This document shows, piece by piece, positions 27,198-38,791 of a stretch of 47,872 nucleotides of DNA. Source of the stretch: an uncultured Desulfobacterales bacterium. Lineage in GTDB: Bacteria; Myxococcota_A; UBA9160; JAFDET01. Each line of letters opens with the position of its first letter. The stretch's first letter is position 1. The translations under genes were made by a program, and so were the position numbers. Location: positions 1 through 47,872 of the forward strand of contig CAXMOD010000249.1 of NCBI GenBank assembly GCA_964194905.1. Reading direction: 5' to 3'. Under the pieces are notes generated by a model. The model saw only the letters and a program-made list of their open reading frames with translations, did not search any database and had not been told where the DNA came from.

Positions 27198-27618
27198 GAC
27201 GTTCCACGGGGGCTGCTTTTGCGGTGCCGTGCAGATCGAAGTGAGCGGAGAGCCGGCGGCCGCCGGCTACTGCCACTGCGAGTCGTGCCGCCACTGGTCC
27301 GCGGGACCGATCAACGCCTTCAGCCTGTGGCCGCCCGACGCCGTGCGCGTCACGAAGGGGGAGGAGCTGATCGGCAGCTACAACAAGACGCCCCGCAGCC
27401 GGCGCAGCTGGTGCACTCGCTGCGGCGGCCACCTCTTCACCGAGCACCCCGAGTGGGAGCTGACCGACGTCTACGCGGCGGTCATCCCGGGTTTCCCCTT
27501 CGAGCCCGCCGTCCACGTGAACTACCAGGAAAGCGTGCTTCGCATTCCCGACGGGCTCCCGAAGCAGAAGGACGTGCCGAAGGAGATGGGCGGTTCCGGG
27601 GAGATCCTTTCGGAATAG
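27190..27618 (+). CDS. GFA (CENP-V/glutathione-dependent formaldehyde-activating) family protein
   Basis: GGCFCGAV, CHCESCR, WCTRCG. Confidence 0.9.
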   Translation: MSETFHGGCFCGAVQIEVSGEPAAAGYCHCESCRHWSAGPINAFSLWPPDAVRVTKGEELIGSYNKTPRSRRSWCTRCGGHLFTEHPEWELTDVYAAVIPGFPFEPAVHVNYQESVLRIPDGLPKQKDVPKEMGGSGEILSE

Positions 27619-27650
27619 GCCCGCAGCGGAGCCGCCGGTGGTAGACTGGC

Positions 27651-27678
27651 GGCGCCTTTGGGGAAGGCGCCCCTTTCT
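27651..27678 (+). terminator. possible intrinsic terminator
   Basis: GGCGCCTT-TGGGG-AAGGCGCC followed by CCTTTCT; weak U-tract. Confidence 0.3.
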
Positions 27679-27691
27679 GAGGGGAGGCCCC

Positions 27692-28327
27692 GTGTCCGAC
27701 ACCGCCCGCACCTACATCCCTGCAGCCGGCCGCGACTGGCTGCTGCCTTTCTACGACCCCCTTCAGTGGCTGCTCGGCGGGCACAAGCGCAGACGCGGCA
27801 TGCTCGACGCCGCGGACTTGCAGCCCGGGATGCGCGTGCTCGACGTGGGCTGCGGCACCGGCAGCCTGGTGGTGGAGTTGAAGCGCACCCGGCCGGACCT
27901 GGAAGTGACGGGCCTCGATCCCGACCCGCTCGCGCTCTCCCGCACCCGGCGCAAGCTCGAGCGCGCGGGCCTCGCGGTCCGGCTCGACGAGGGCTTCGCC
28001 GACCAGCTTCCCTACGCCGACGCCTCCTTCGACCGCGTATTCTCCTCGTTCATGTTCCACCACCTGGATCGCACCGTGAAGGAGGGCATGCTGCGCGAGG
28101 TACGCCGGGTGTTGGCCGCGGACGGCGCCCTCCACCTCGTGGACTTCGGCGGCGAGTCGCACGACCAGGGCTTCTTCGCCCGCTTCATCCACAGCCACGA
28201 AGAGCTGAAGGACAACTTCGGCGCCACCATCCCCATGCTCATGCGTGAGGCGGGCTTCGGCGCGGTGCACGAGGTGTCGCAGAGCGGGATGCTCTTCGGC
28301 CGCGTCACCCACTACGAAGCGCGCTAG
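27692..28327 (+). CDS. class I SAM-dependent methyltransferase
   Basis: VLDVGCGTG, LPYADASFD, FHHL; GGGAGG SD. Confidence 0.9.
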   Translation: MSDTARTYIPAAGRDWLLPFYDPLQWLLGGHKRRRGMLDAADLQPGMRVLDVGCGTGSLVVELKRTRPDLEVTGLDPDPLALSRTRRKLERAGLAVRLDEGFADQLPYADASFDRVFSSFMFHHLDRTVKEGMLREVRRVLAADGALHLVDFGGESHDQGFFARFIHSHEELKDNFGATIPMLMREAGFGAVHEVSQSGMLFGRVTHYEAR

Positions 28328-28338
28328 GCTCACCCGCC

Positions 28339-28980
28339 ATGTCGTTGCGAGTCGTGGGCGCGGGTCTGGGTCGAACGGGAACGCTTTCGCTCAAGCTGGC
28401 GCTGGAGAAGCTCCTCGACGCGCCCTGCTACCACATGATGGAGGTGTTCGCACACCCCGAGCACATCCCCCTGTGGCACGCGGCGGCGCGGGGCGAGATG
28501 CCCGACTGGCACACTCTTATGGACGGCTACGCCGCCGCCGTGGACTGGCCGCCGGGCGGTTTCTGGCCGGAGCTGGCCACAGCCTTCCCGGATGCGCTCA
28601 TCCTGCACTCGGTGCGCGAGCCGGAAGCCTGGTGGGAGAGCGCGGACCAGACCATCTTCCCGAACCTGCGCAAGCCGCCGCCGGACGATCCGCCTTTCTT
28701 CCGCGATTGGCACGCCATGGTGCTCGACATGATGCGCGCGCGATTTGCCGCCGACGTGAGCGATCGCGAGGCGTGCATCGAGGCGGCCCGCCGTCACGAT
28801 GCCCAGGTGCGGGCGACCGCTCCGGCCGAACGCCTGCTCGTCTGGCGCGCCGGCGACGGTTGGGAGCCGATCTGCCGGGCGCTGGACCTGCCGGTCCCGG
28901 ACGAGCCCTTCCCGCACCGCAACACGCGTGCGGAGTTCCAGGCGCACGCCGCCGCGGCCCGGGCGGAAGCCGGCGAGTGA
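28339..28980 (+). CDS. sulfotransferase-like P-loop protein (Sulfotransfer_4)
   Basis: VVGAGLGRTGTLSLKLALE, CYHM, VDWP, GWEPIC..L..PVPDEPFPH.N. Confidence 0.88.
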   Translation: MSLRVVGAGLGRTGTLSLKLALEKLLDAPCYHMMEVFAHPEHIPLWHAAARGEMPDWHTLMDGYAAAVDWPPGGFWPELATAFPDALILHSVREPEAWWESADQTIFPNLRKPPPDDPPFFRDWHAMVLDMMRARFAADVSDREACIEAARRHDAQVRATAPAERLLVWRAGDGWEPICRALDLPVPDEPFPHRNTRAEFQAHAAAARAEAGE

Positions 28981-29849
28981 GCGGGCGCGCCGGTCGAGTG
29001 GCGCTGGCCATGGCGCTGTCGGCGCCCGCGTTCGTACACGCCGGCGCGGACGAGGTCGCCGAGCGCCCGCTGGTGATCGCGCATCGCGGCGCCTCGGGAC
29101 ACCAGCCCGAGCACACCTTCGCGGCGTACGACCTCGCGCTCGAGATGGGCGCCGACTACCTGGAGCACGACCTGTACCTCACCAAGGACCGCGTGCTGGT
29201 GGTCCTCCACGACGAGACCCTGGACCGCACGCTACGCGGACCCGCCGCCTACTGCAGCGGCCCTGCCGCCGAGAAGACCCTGGGAGACCTCCTCCACTGC
29301 GACGCCGGCTCCTGGAAACGGGCGGACGCGGCCGGTGCGCGCGTCCTTACACTGGATGCCGTGATCTCGCGCTACGCCGGGCGCGCGCGCTTCTACATCG
29401 AGACCAAACACCCGGACGAGTCACCCGGCGTGGAGGCCGCGCTCGTCGACCTCCTGACCGCGCACCGCCTGATGCCGAGCGACCCGGGGGACTGGACGGT
29501 GGTGGTCCAGTCGTTCAGCCGCGACAGCCTGCGCCGGCTGCACGTACGTGCGCCCGCGCTCCCCCTCGTGCAGCTCTTCGAACACGGCGAGATCCCACAG
29601 CCGCTCGACGCCACCCTGACGGCCGTGAAGGAGTACGCCGTGGGCATCGCCCCCAACCAACGTGACGTGGACGCGACCCTGGTTCTGGCCGCCCAGGGCC
29701 TGGGCCTGGTAGTGCACCCGTGGACCGTGAACGACCCGGTGGAGATGAAGCGCCTGATGGAATTGGGCGTCGACGGAATGTTCACCGACTACCCCGATCG
29801 CGCCCCGAAGCGCAGAGTCCCCGACGCGCCGGTCTCGGCGGCTCCCTGA
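28977..29849 (+). CDS. exported glycerophosphodiester phosphodiesterase
   Basis: IAHRGASG..PEHT, ADYLEHD, HD.TL.RT, IETK, QSF, WTVND, GVDGMFTDYPD; signal peptide. Confidence 0.9.
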   Translation: MSGRAGRVALAMALSAPAFVHAGADEVAERPLVIAHRGASGHQPEHTFAAYDLALEMGADYLEHDLYLTKDRVLVVLHDETLDRTLRGPAAYCSGPAAEKTLGDLLHCDAGSWKRADAAGARVLTLDAVISRYAGRARFYIETKHPDESPGVEAALVDLLTAHRLMPSDPGDWTVVVQSFSRDSLRRLHVRAPALPLVQLFEHGEIPQPLDATLTAVKEYAVGIAPNQRDVDATLVLAAQGLGLVVHPWTVNDPVEMKRLMELGVDGMFTDYPDRAPKRRVPDAPVSAAP

Positions 29850-29907
29850 GCAACGGCCTGCGCCGGGTCGCGCGCACGCAAGCCGTTTGAGGTACACCTC
29901 TCGGCCC

Positions 29908-31302
29908 ATGCTCCGCACCCTCGCCCGCCTCGGAGTCGCACTGCTGGCGTGGGCTCCTTTCACCGCACTGGCCCAGGACCCGCCGACGATCGCGATCCAG
30001 ATCGCAGGCGAGCCGACCCAGAACGGCGTCCTGCTCCAGGCCCGCCTCAGCGGCCCGGGACGGGTGCGCTTCCTGTGGGTGGCCGACGAGTCGGGGCATG
30101 TGCGCACCGGCAAGTGGCGGGCGGCCGAAGCCAGCTCCGACCACGTGGTGAAGGCCTCGTTGGGCGGACTCGCCCCTGCGACTCGCTACCGTTGGCGCGC
30201 CCAGGTGGAGGGCGAAGCGCAGCCCGGCGACTGGTTGGTCTTTCGCACCCTCTACCCGCCCACGCGGGCCGAAAACGTCTCCTTCGCCGTCGTGACCTGT
30301 ATCAACCAACACGCCTTCCTGCGCGGAAAACGTTTCTGGTTCATCGAGACGACACCGCCCGCAGTGCAGCCGGATCGCGGGCTCGGCTACCGCGCCCTCG
30401 AAACCATCGCCGAGGACAAGCCCCTCTTCGTCGTATTCAATGGCGACGTAGTCTACTACGACAAGGGCCCCCACCCGGGTGTGGACACCGCCTCGATGCG
30501 CGCCATCTGGCACGAGCAGTTCGCGATGCCGCGCTTCGCCGCCCTCTTCGCGCGCACGGCCACGTACTGGCTCAAGGACGACCACGACTTCCGCTTCAAT
30601 GACGCGGATCGTGGGGGCGACCGGCCGCCGTCCGCCGAGCTCGGCACGCGCATCTTCCGCGAGCAGGTGCCCCTGGTTTCCCCGGCGAAGTCCGGCCCCG
30701 GTTGGCGCACCCACCGGGTCAACGCCGACCTCCAGATCTGGTTCCTCGAAGGCCGTGACCACCGCGACGCCAACGCGATGGAGGACACGCCGAGCAAGTC
30801 GCTGTGGGGCGAGAAGCAACGCGCCTGGCTGATGCGCACGCTTCTCGCCTCCAACGCAGCCTGGCGCGTGGTGGTGACCCCCACGCCGCTGGTGGGCCCC
30901 GACCGCCGCAACAAGGAGGACAACCACACGAACCGCGGGGGCTTCCGCAGCGAGGGCGAGGCTTTCCTGCGCTGGGCTGCAGACGAGCGCCTCCCCGAGG
31001 AGGGCCTCGTCGTGATCACGGGCGACCGCCACTGGCAGTACCACTCGATCCATCCGAGCGGCGTGCACGAGCTGTCGGCGGGGCCTCTGCACGACCAGAA
31101 CCTCGCGCGCGGCATCCAGCCCGGCGACTTCTGGTCCACGGACCCGGATGGCCTGATCGAGCAGCCCTTCCTGGAGGACGACACAGGCGGTTTCCTGCGG
31201 GTCGACGTGGTGCGCGACGACGCCGGCTCGAACCTGCGCGCCACCTGGCTCGACGAGTTCGGAACACCGCGCAACCGCTGGGTGCCGCCCCCGCGCCCGT
31301 GA
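29908..31302 (+). CDS. PhoD-like alkaline phosphatase D family metallophosphatase
   Basis: FN3-like N-domain, NGDVVYYD, KDDHD, TGDRH; signal peptide. Confidence 0.85.
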   Translation: MLRTLARLGVALLAWAPFTALAQDPPTIAIQIAGEPTQNGVLLQARLSGPGRVRFLWVADESGHVRTGKWRAAEASSDHVVKASLGGLAPATRYRWRAQVEGEAQPGDWLVFRTLYPPTRAENVSFAVVTCINQHAFLRGKRFWFIETTPPAVQPDRGLGYRALETIAEDKPLFVVFNGDVVYYDKGPHPGVDTASMRAIWHEQFAMPRFAALFARTATYWLKDDHDFRFNDADRGGDRPPSAELGTRIFREQVPLVSPAKSGPGWRTHRVNADLQIWFLEGRDHRDANAMEDTPSKSLWGEKQRAWLMRTLLASNAAWRVVVTPTPLVGPDRRNKEDNHTNRGGFRSEGEAFLRWAADERLPEEGLVVITGDRHWQYHSIHPSGVHELSAGPLHDQNLARGIQPGDFWSTDPDGLIEQPFLEDDTGGFLRVDVVRDDAGSNLRATWLDEFGTPRNRWVPPPRP

Positions 31303-31694
31303 GCGTGGAGATTCGCGTCGACCAGCGGCCGTCCCCTGCGGCTCTGGGGGCGTTGCGCGCGAGCGTCGGCTGGGAGCCCCGCACCGAGAACTGGCCGCGG
31401 GCATTCGACGCCTACGCGTGCACGGTTGCGGCCTACGACGCGGAACGCCTGGTGGGGTGGGTGTCGCTGCTGTCGGACTCCGTCCACCACGCCTTCTTCG
31501 CCGACGTACTCGTGCACCCGGAGTACCACCGTCGCGGAATCGGGCGCGACCTGGTGCGCCGCGCCGTCGACACCCTGGCCGCATGCGGGGTCAGCCTCTT
31601 CCACGTGGACTGCGCCGAAGAGAACACGGCCTTCTACCAGGCGTGCGGCTTCCGCATCGGCCGCGGCGGTTACATCGAGCTGGCTCAGTCGTAG
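31299..31694 (+). CDS. GNAT acetyltransferase
   Basis: VLVHPEYHRRGIGRDL, FYQACGF; GTGA overlap with the upstream stop. Confidence 0.88.
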   Translation: MSVEIRVDQRPSPAALGALRASVGWEPRTENWPRAFDAYACTVAAYDAERLVGWVSLLSDSVHHAFFADVLVHPEYHRRGIGRDLVRRAVDTLAACGVSLFHVDCAEENTAFYQACGFRIGRGGYIELAQS

Positions 31695-32146
31695 CGGCGG
31701 CCAGCGTGCTCGAGCCAACCGCCGGGGTGGCGGCCGGCCGGGTCGCGGTGGGTCCAGTGCACGACCCCGCCCCTTTCGTTCCACTCGTACTCGCCCTTGA
31801 AGCGGATCGGGTCGCCGCGTCGCACGCCCGCCACGCGCGGCGCCAGGTCGATGTTGTGGGCGATGAGCACGGTCTGGTCGTTGCGAAGGCGCACGAGGAG
31901 GCGCTGGTGGCGGGAGCCTTCGCGGTCGTCCGGCAGGACCCCGTGCACCACGCCCGAGGCTTCCACGAGGACGTCGGAGCGTCCGCTGCGCGCCGCCTCG
32001 GCGATGGCGTGCACGCCGGGCTCGGCGGCCGGCGCCGGCGACGGGAAGCCACCCCGCTCGTACGCCCCCCAGGCGATCGTCACGAGCAGGATGACGATCG
32101 AGAGCCGGGACCAACCCCGGCCGGCGCCCCGGCTTCGCTCGCTCAA
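31685..32146 (-). CDS. DUF3465 domain protein
   Basis: LPDD.EGSRHQR, LIAHNIDLAPR, GEYEWNERGGVVHWTHRDP.GRH.GGWL; N-terminal TM. Confidence 0.88.
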   Translation of the reverse strand: MSERSRGAGRGWSRLSIVILLVTIAWGAYERGGFPSPAPAAEPGVHAIAEAARSGRSDVLVEASGVVHGVLPDDREGSRHQRLLVRLRNDQTVLIAHNIDLAPRVAGVRRGDPIRFKGEYEWNERGGVVHWTHRDPAGRHPGGWLEHAGRRYD

Positions 32147-32598
32147 GGCTGGCCGCTCAGGTCCCCCAGCACCTGGTCCAGGTGCTCGCCCGGCTTCACC
32201 TTCGGATAGACGTGCAGCACGCGCCCTTGCTCGTCGATCACGTAGCTGATGCGCTTGGCGTAGCCCGCATCCGGCCCATCGGCAGCACCGTAGGACATTC
32301 CCATGGCGCGCTCGGTGTCGCAGAGCAGCCGGAATGGGAAGGAGAACTTCTCGGCGAAGGCGCGATTCTCCTCGACCGTGTCGAACGACACGCCGAGCAC
32401 CTCGAGTCCGGCCGCATCGGTACGATCCTTGTGGTCCCGCAACGCGGAACCTTGAGCCGTTCAGCCGGGGGTGTCGGCCTTGGGGTAGAACCAGAGCAGA
32501 ACCTTGCGTCCGCGCAGCTCCGACAGGCGGACCTCGTCGCCATTGTGGTCCAGGACTGCGAAGTCGGGCGCCTGCGCACCCGGTTCTAGCATCGGCAT
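32143..32598 (-). CDS. bcp: selenocysteine-containing BCP/PrxQ peroxiredoxin (Sec46)
   Basis: AAGGAGG SD and ATG. Reads APDF...LLWFYPKADTPG-TGA-TAQGSALRD...VLGVSFD...KRISYVID in one frame. The TGA (32461-32463) sits at the peroxidatic Cys position. Confidence 0.88.
32433..32451 (-). promoter_or_regulatory. bacterial SECIS-like hairpin
   Basis: GGUUCCGC-GUU-GCGGGACC stem starts 10 nt after the UGA; the apical loop begins with GU at +18. Confidence 0.7.
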
Positions 32599-32663
32599 GG
32601 AGACCTCCTTCCGACTCTTCTCGTCAAGGAGCCTAGCAGCCCGCGTCCCGGCGAGGAGTCTGC

Positions 32664-33539
32664 TCAGGCCAGGTCGGGCGCGGCCTTGGCGAGGGTCTCG
32701 CCGATGGCGGCGGGTGAGGCCGCGACGGCCACGCCCGCGGCCTCGAGGGCCTGGATCTTGTCGCTCGCGCGGCCCTTGCCGCCGGCGATGATGGCACCGG
32801 CGTGGCCCATGCGTTTTCCAGGGGGAGCGTTCTGGCCGGCGATGAACGCGATCACGGGCTTCGTCATCTTCTGCTTCACGAACTCGGCCGCCGTCTCCTC
32901 CGCGGAGCCGCCGATCTCGCCGATCATCACCACGGCCTTGGTGTCGGAGTCCGCCTCGAAGAGTTCGAGGGCATCGACGAAGGTGGTGCCGATGACCGAG
33001 TCACCGCCGATGCCGAGGCACGTGCTCTGGCCGATGCCCAGGCGTGAGAGCTGGTCCACCGCTTCGTAGGTCAGCGTGCCGGAGCGCGACACCACGCCCA
33101 CGGGGCCCGGCTTCGTGATCTGGGCCGGCATGATGCCGATGCGGCACTGCTCCGGCGTCACGACACCCGGACAGTTCGGACCGACGAGGCGCGTCTTGCC
33201 GCCGGCAAGGACGGCCTTGGCCCGCAGCATGTCGAGGGCGGGAATGCCCTCGGTGATGCACACGGCGAGGTCGAGCCCGGCGTCGGCCGCCTCCAGAATT
33301 GCGTCGGTCGCACCCGCCGGCGGCACGAAGATCACCGATGCATTCGCGCCGGTCTGTGCGACAGCCTGGGCAACGGTGTCGAAGACCGGGATGCCCCCGA
33401 TCGCGCTGCCGCCCTTGCCCGGGTGCACGCCGCCCACCACCGAGGTGCCGTATTCGACGGAAAGGCCGGCGTGGAACTGGCCCATGCGACCCATGCCCTG
33501 GACCAGGAGCTTCGAGTTCTTGTCCGCCAGAATCGCCAC
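32664..33539 (-). CDS. sucD: succinyl-CoA synthetase alpha subunit
   Basis: [26 protein letters not shown] (phospho-His). Confidence 0.96.
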   Translation of the reverse strand: MAILADKNSKLLVQGMGRMGQFHAGLSVEYGTSVVGGVHPGKGGSAIGGIPVFDTVAQAVAQTGANASVIFVPPAGATDAILEAADAGLDLAVCITEGIPALDMLRAKAVLAGGKTRLVGPNCPGVVTPEQCRIGIMPAQITKPGPVGVVSRSGTLTYEAVDQLSRLGIGQSTCLGIGGDSVIGTTFVDALELFEADSDTKAVVMIGEIGGSAEETAAEFVKQKMTKPVIAFIAGQNAPPGKRMGHAGAIIAGGKGRASDKIQALEAAGVAVAASPAAIGETLAKAAPDLA

Positions 33540-33540
33540 G

Positions 33541-34707
33541 TCAGGCTCCTCGAGCCGCCGCGACGGCGTTCTCGCCGGCGTCCTGGAGCGTCTCGGCTGG
33601 GATGATGGAGAGATCCGAGTCCGCCAGGATCTGGCGGCCTTCGACGGAGTTCGTGCCCTGGAGCCGCACCACCAACGGCACCGAGAGGCCCACTTCCTTG
33701 GCGCCGGCCACGACGCCCTCGGCGATCAGGTCGCAGCGCACGATGCCGCCGAAGATGTTCACCAGGATCGCCTTCACGTTCTCGTCCTGGAGGATGAGCT
33801 TGAACGCGGCGATCACCTTGTCCTCGTCCACGCCGCCGCCGCAGTCCAGGAAGTTGGCGGGCGTGCCGCCGCACACGGTGATCATGTCGAGCGTCGCCAT
33901 GGCGAGGCCGGCACCGTTCACCATGCAGCCGATGTCCCCGTCGAGACCGACGTAGGCCAGGTCGAGCTCGTTGGCCGCGCGCTCGCGGGGATCCTCTTCG
34001 TCGGGATCGTAGAGGTCACGCACGTCGCTGTGCCGGTAGAGGGCGCTGTCGTCGAAGTTCAGCTTGCAGTCGAGCGCCAGGACGTCGCCGTCCTCGGTCA
34101 CTACGAGCGGGTTGATCTCCGCGAGCGAGGCGTCCTTCTCCACGAAGAGGCGGTAGAGCCCGGACAGCAAGGCGTCGAACTTCTTGACCTGGTCGGCGTC
34201 GAGCCCGAGGCCGAAGCCGATCTTGCGCGCCTGGAACGACTGGAGCCCCAGGTTGGGGTCGATGGGCTCGGTGAGGATCTTCTCCGGCGTCTTTGCCGCG
34301 ACCTCCTCGATCTCCATCCCGCCCTCGGTGGAGGCGATGATCGCGAGCTTCTCGGTGGCGCGGTCGAGGACCACCCCCAGGTAGAGCTCGCGCGCGATCC
34401 TGGACCCTGCCTCGACGTAGACCTTGCGCACCAGCTTGCCCTCGGGACCGGTCTGGTGGCTGACCAGGGTCATGCCGAGGATGTCGGCCGCCGCCTGCTT
34501 GGCCTCGGCGGCGGACTTCGCCAGCTTGATACCGCCCGCCTTGCCGCGGCCCCCGGCGTGCACCTGCGCCTTCACCACCACCACGTCGCCGCCCAACCCG
34601 CGCGCGGCGGCTTCGGCCTCGGCCGGGGTGGTGGCGAGCTTGCCTTCGGGCACCGCCACGCCGTAGCTGCGCAGCAGGTCCTTCGCCTGGTACTCGTGGA
34701 CGTTCAT
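33541..34707 (-). CDS. sucC: succinyl-CoA synthetase beta subunit
   Basis: [41 protein letters not shown]. Confidence 0.96.
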   Translation of the reverse strand: MNVHEYQAKDLLRSYGVAVPEGKLATTPAEAEAAARGLGGDVVVVKAQVHAGGRGKAGGIKLAKSAAEAKQAAADILGMTLVSHQTGPEGKLVRKVYVEAGSRIARELYLGVVLDRATEKLAIIASTEGGMEIEEVAAKTPEKILTEPIDPNLGLQSFQARKIGFGLGLDADQVKKFDALLSGLYRLFVEKDASLAEINPLVVTEDGDVLALDCKLNFDDSALYRHSDVRDLYDPDEEDPRERAANELDLAYVGLDGDIGCMVNGAGLAMATLDMITVCGGTPANFLDCGGGVDEDKVIAAFKLILQDENVKAILVNIFGGIVRCDLIAEGVVAGAKEVGLSVPLVVRLQGTNSVEGRQILADSDLSIIPAETLQDAGENAVAAARGA

Positions 34708-34738
34708 GGGGTCCTTCGCTCGAAGTTGGAGCCGGGAG

Positions 34739-36920
<2,182 letters not shown>

Positions 36921-36968
36921 GGCGCAGCGTTGGATACCGGATTCGCGCAGGGCCTGCCAACGCGCAGG

Positions 36969-37430
36969 CTATGTGCCGTCGGCGTCCCCGAGGGAGAAGA
37001 GGCCCTCCTGCACCGACGCGATGGGGATGCCCACTGGGCACACCGGCTCGCAGGCTCGGCAGGCGCCACAGGCGGCTCCCGGCTCCTCGATGTGGAGACG
37101 CCGCACGTCCACCTCGAGGCGCGCGCCCGAGAGCACCGCGTCGCGCGGGTCGAGCGGAGGGCGCCCGCCCGCCGCGGCGCAGGCCACCGAGCACAGGCCG
37201 CAGACCAGGCAGTGCTGCGCGGCCCGCTGCAGTTCGCGGCGCTTCTCGCTGGGAAGCCGCACGCCATCAGCGGCGTAGTTGTCGAGAAAGAGCTGCTCGG
37301 GATCCGGCGCAGCACGGCGCGAGAACCAACGTCGGCCAACGTGCGCCGCGCCCACGCGCACCTGGAGCGCCAGCGCGCGGGGCGAGCCCGTGCGCAGGAA
37401 CTCGCGCAGGAAACCGCGATAGCCGCTCAT
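36969..37430 (-). CDS. short 2x[4Fe-4S] protein in the GlpC position
   Basis: CLVCGLCSVAC and CGACRACEPVCP; ATGA overlap with the glpB stop; 153 aa. Confidence 0.75.
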   Translation of the reverse strand: MSGYRGFLREFLRTGSPRALALQVRVGAAHVGRRWFSRRAAPDPEQLFLDNYAADGVRLPSEKRRELQRAAQHCLVCGLCSVACAAAGGRPPLDPRDAVLSGARLEVDVRRLHIEEPGAACGACRACEPVCPVGIPIASVQEGLFSLGDADGT

Positions 37431-38791
37431 GTGCCGCGCCCCAGCCGCGCGGCTTCGTCCGCCGCGCGCAGACCCGAGAGCAGCGCGAAGCCGAGCCCGG
37501 TGCGCTGCAAGGCGGGATCGAAGCCGCCGATCACCTCCCCAGCGGCGACGAGGTTGGCGCGCGCCGCGCGGCCACCGGCGTCGAGCGGTCGCAGGCGCCC
37601 ATCGGTGCGGATGCCCGCGCTGAAGAGCGGCTGGGGATCGGAGTAGCGGCGGCGCAGGTGGCGCCGGGCGGGCACGCCGTCCACGCGGCGGCCGCGATCG
37701 TCGTAGAGCGGGAGGTCGACGAGCGGCTCCACGAGGCGGTCGCCGCGCTCGGCGAGACCGCCGCCGCTGAAGCGGCCGGTGGCCAGCACCACCGCGTCGG
37801 CCGGAAGCCGGCTCAGCTCGGGCGACGCGTCTCCCTCCGCGGCCCGCACGTCCACGCCGCTGATGCGGGACCCCTCCCCCACCACGCCGCGCGCCTCGCC
37901 GGTCACGAGGCGCACACCGGCCGCCCGGAGGGCGGCCAGCAGCGCGCGATCGAGGCGCGCGCCGCTCGGACTCCAGGGCGGCGCGCCCTGCACCTCGGCT
38001 ACCGGGCCTCCCAGCGCCTCGCCGAGCAGCGCGCGCAGCCGGGTGCCGCGGTAGAGGCCCAGGACCGGCGGGAAGAGCACGGTGCGCCCCTCCTCGGCCA
38101 GCGGAGCGGCGGCTCTCACCAGGTCGTCCTGTGCCGCGTCGTCGTCCAGCCGCGCCGCCAGACGCGCCGGGCGCGCGACGTCGGCGCGAAGCACCTCCGG
38201 GAGCGCGAGGGAGGCTACGTGCACGGTCGGCGCCGGCACGCCCAAGGCCTGGAGCTCTGCACCGAGGGCACGCGCCGCCGCCGCGGCGTTCCAGCCCGCC
38301 AGGCCCGGCACATCCACCAGGAGCACCGCGCTCGCGTGACCCAGGTCGCCGGCGGCCACGTCGTCGAAGGCCAGATCCGCCGCACGCACCGCGCCGCGTA
38401 CGTTGGCGAGCAGGCGCGTCTCGTCGAGCGTCCCCTCCACGCGCACGCCCTGCGGACTCAGCCAGCCATCCAGCGCACGCGCCGCTTCGGCCACGCGGCG
38501 GACCGCGCTTGCGGCGTCGCGCTCCGGGAAGAGTGCAACCATGGGGTGGAACGGCCGGGAGTGGAGCAGGAATGAGAGGCGCTGGGCCGGGGTGAGCGGC
38601 TCCCCTCCCACGGGATCGCGCCAGGGAAGCCCCGTCGGGTCCGGCGAGGCGCCGGCCACGTCCAGGCTGCCCCACGAGAGCGCCGTCGCGCCGGGGCCCC
38701 TCCGCACGAGCGACACCGAAGCTCCGCCCTCGGCGAGCCGGAGCGCCGCAGTCGCGCCGGCCAGACCGCCGCCCAGGACGACCGCCTTCAC
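37427..38791 (-). CDS. glpB: anaerobic glycerol-3-phosphate dehydrogenase subunit B-like flavoprotein
   Basis: VVLGGGLAG, GATALSWGSLD, FPPVLG, PWSPSGARL, VLATGRFSGGGL, NLVAAG. Confidence 0.8.
   Translation of the reverse strand: MKAVVLGGGLAGATAALRLAEGGASVSLVRRGPGATALSWGSLDVAGASPDPTGLPWRDPVGGEPLTPAQRLSFLLHSRPFHPMVALFPERDAASAVRRVAEAARALDGWLSPQGVRVEGTLDETRLLANVRGAVRAADLAFDDVAAGDLGHASAVLLVDVPGLAGWNAAAAARALGAELQALGVPAPTVHVASLALPEVLRADVARPARLAARLDDDAAQDDLVRAAAPLAEEGRTVLFPPVLGLYRGTRLRALLGEALGGPVAEVQGAPPWSPSGARLDRALLAALRAAGVRLVTGEARGVVGEGSRISGVDVRAAEGDASPELSRLPADAVVLATGRFSGGGLAERGDRLVEPLVDLPLYDDRGRRVDGVPARRHLRRRYSDPQPLFSAGIRTDGRLRPLDAGGRAARANLVAAGEVIGGFDPALQRTGLGFALLSGLRAADEAARLGRGT

Noticed and set aside
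32143-32598. bcp as a pseudogene with a premature stop
   Set aside because: The single TGA falls exactly on the catalytic Cys codon, both halves are intact, and a SECIS-like hairpin follows. Selenocysteine is the better explanation.
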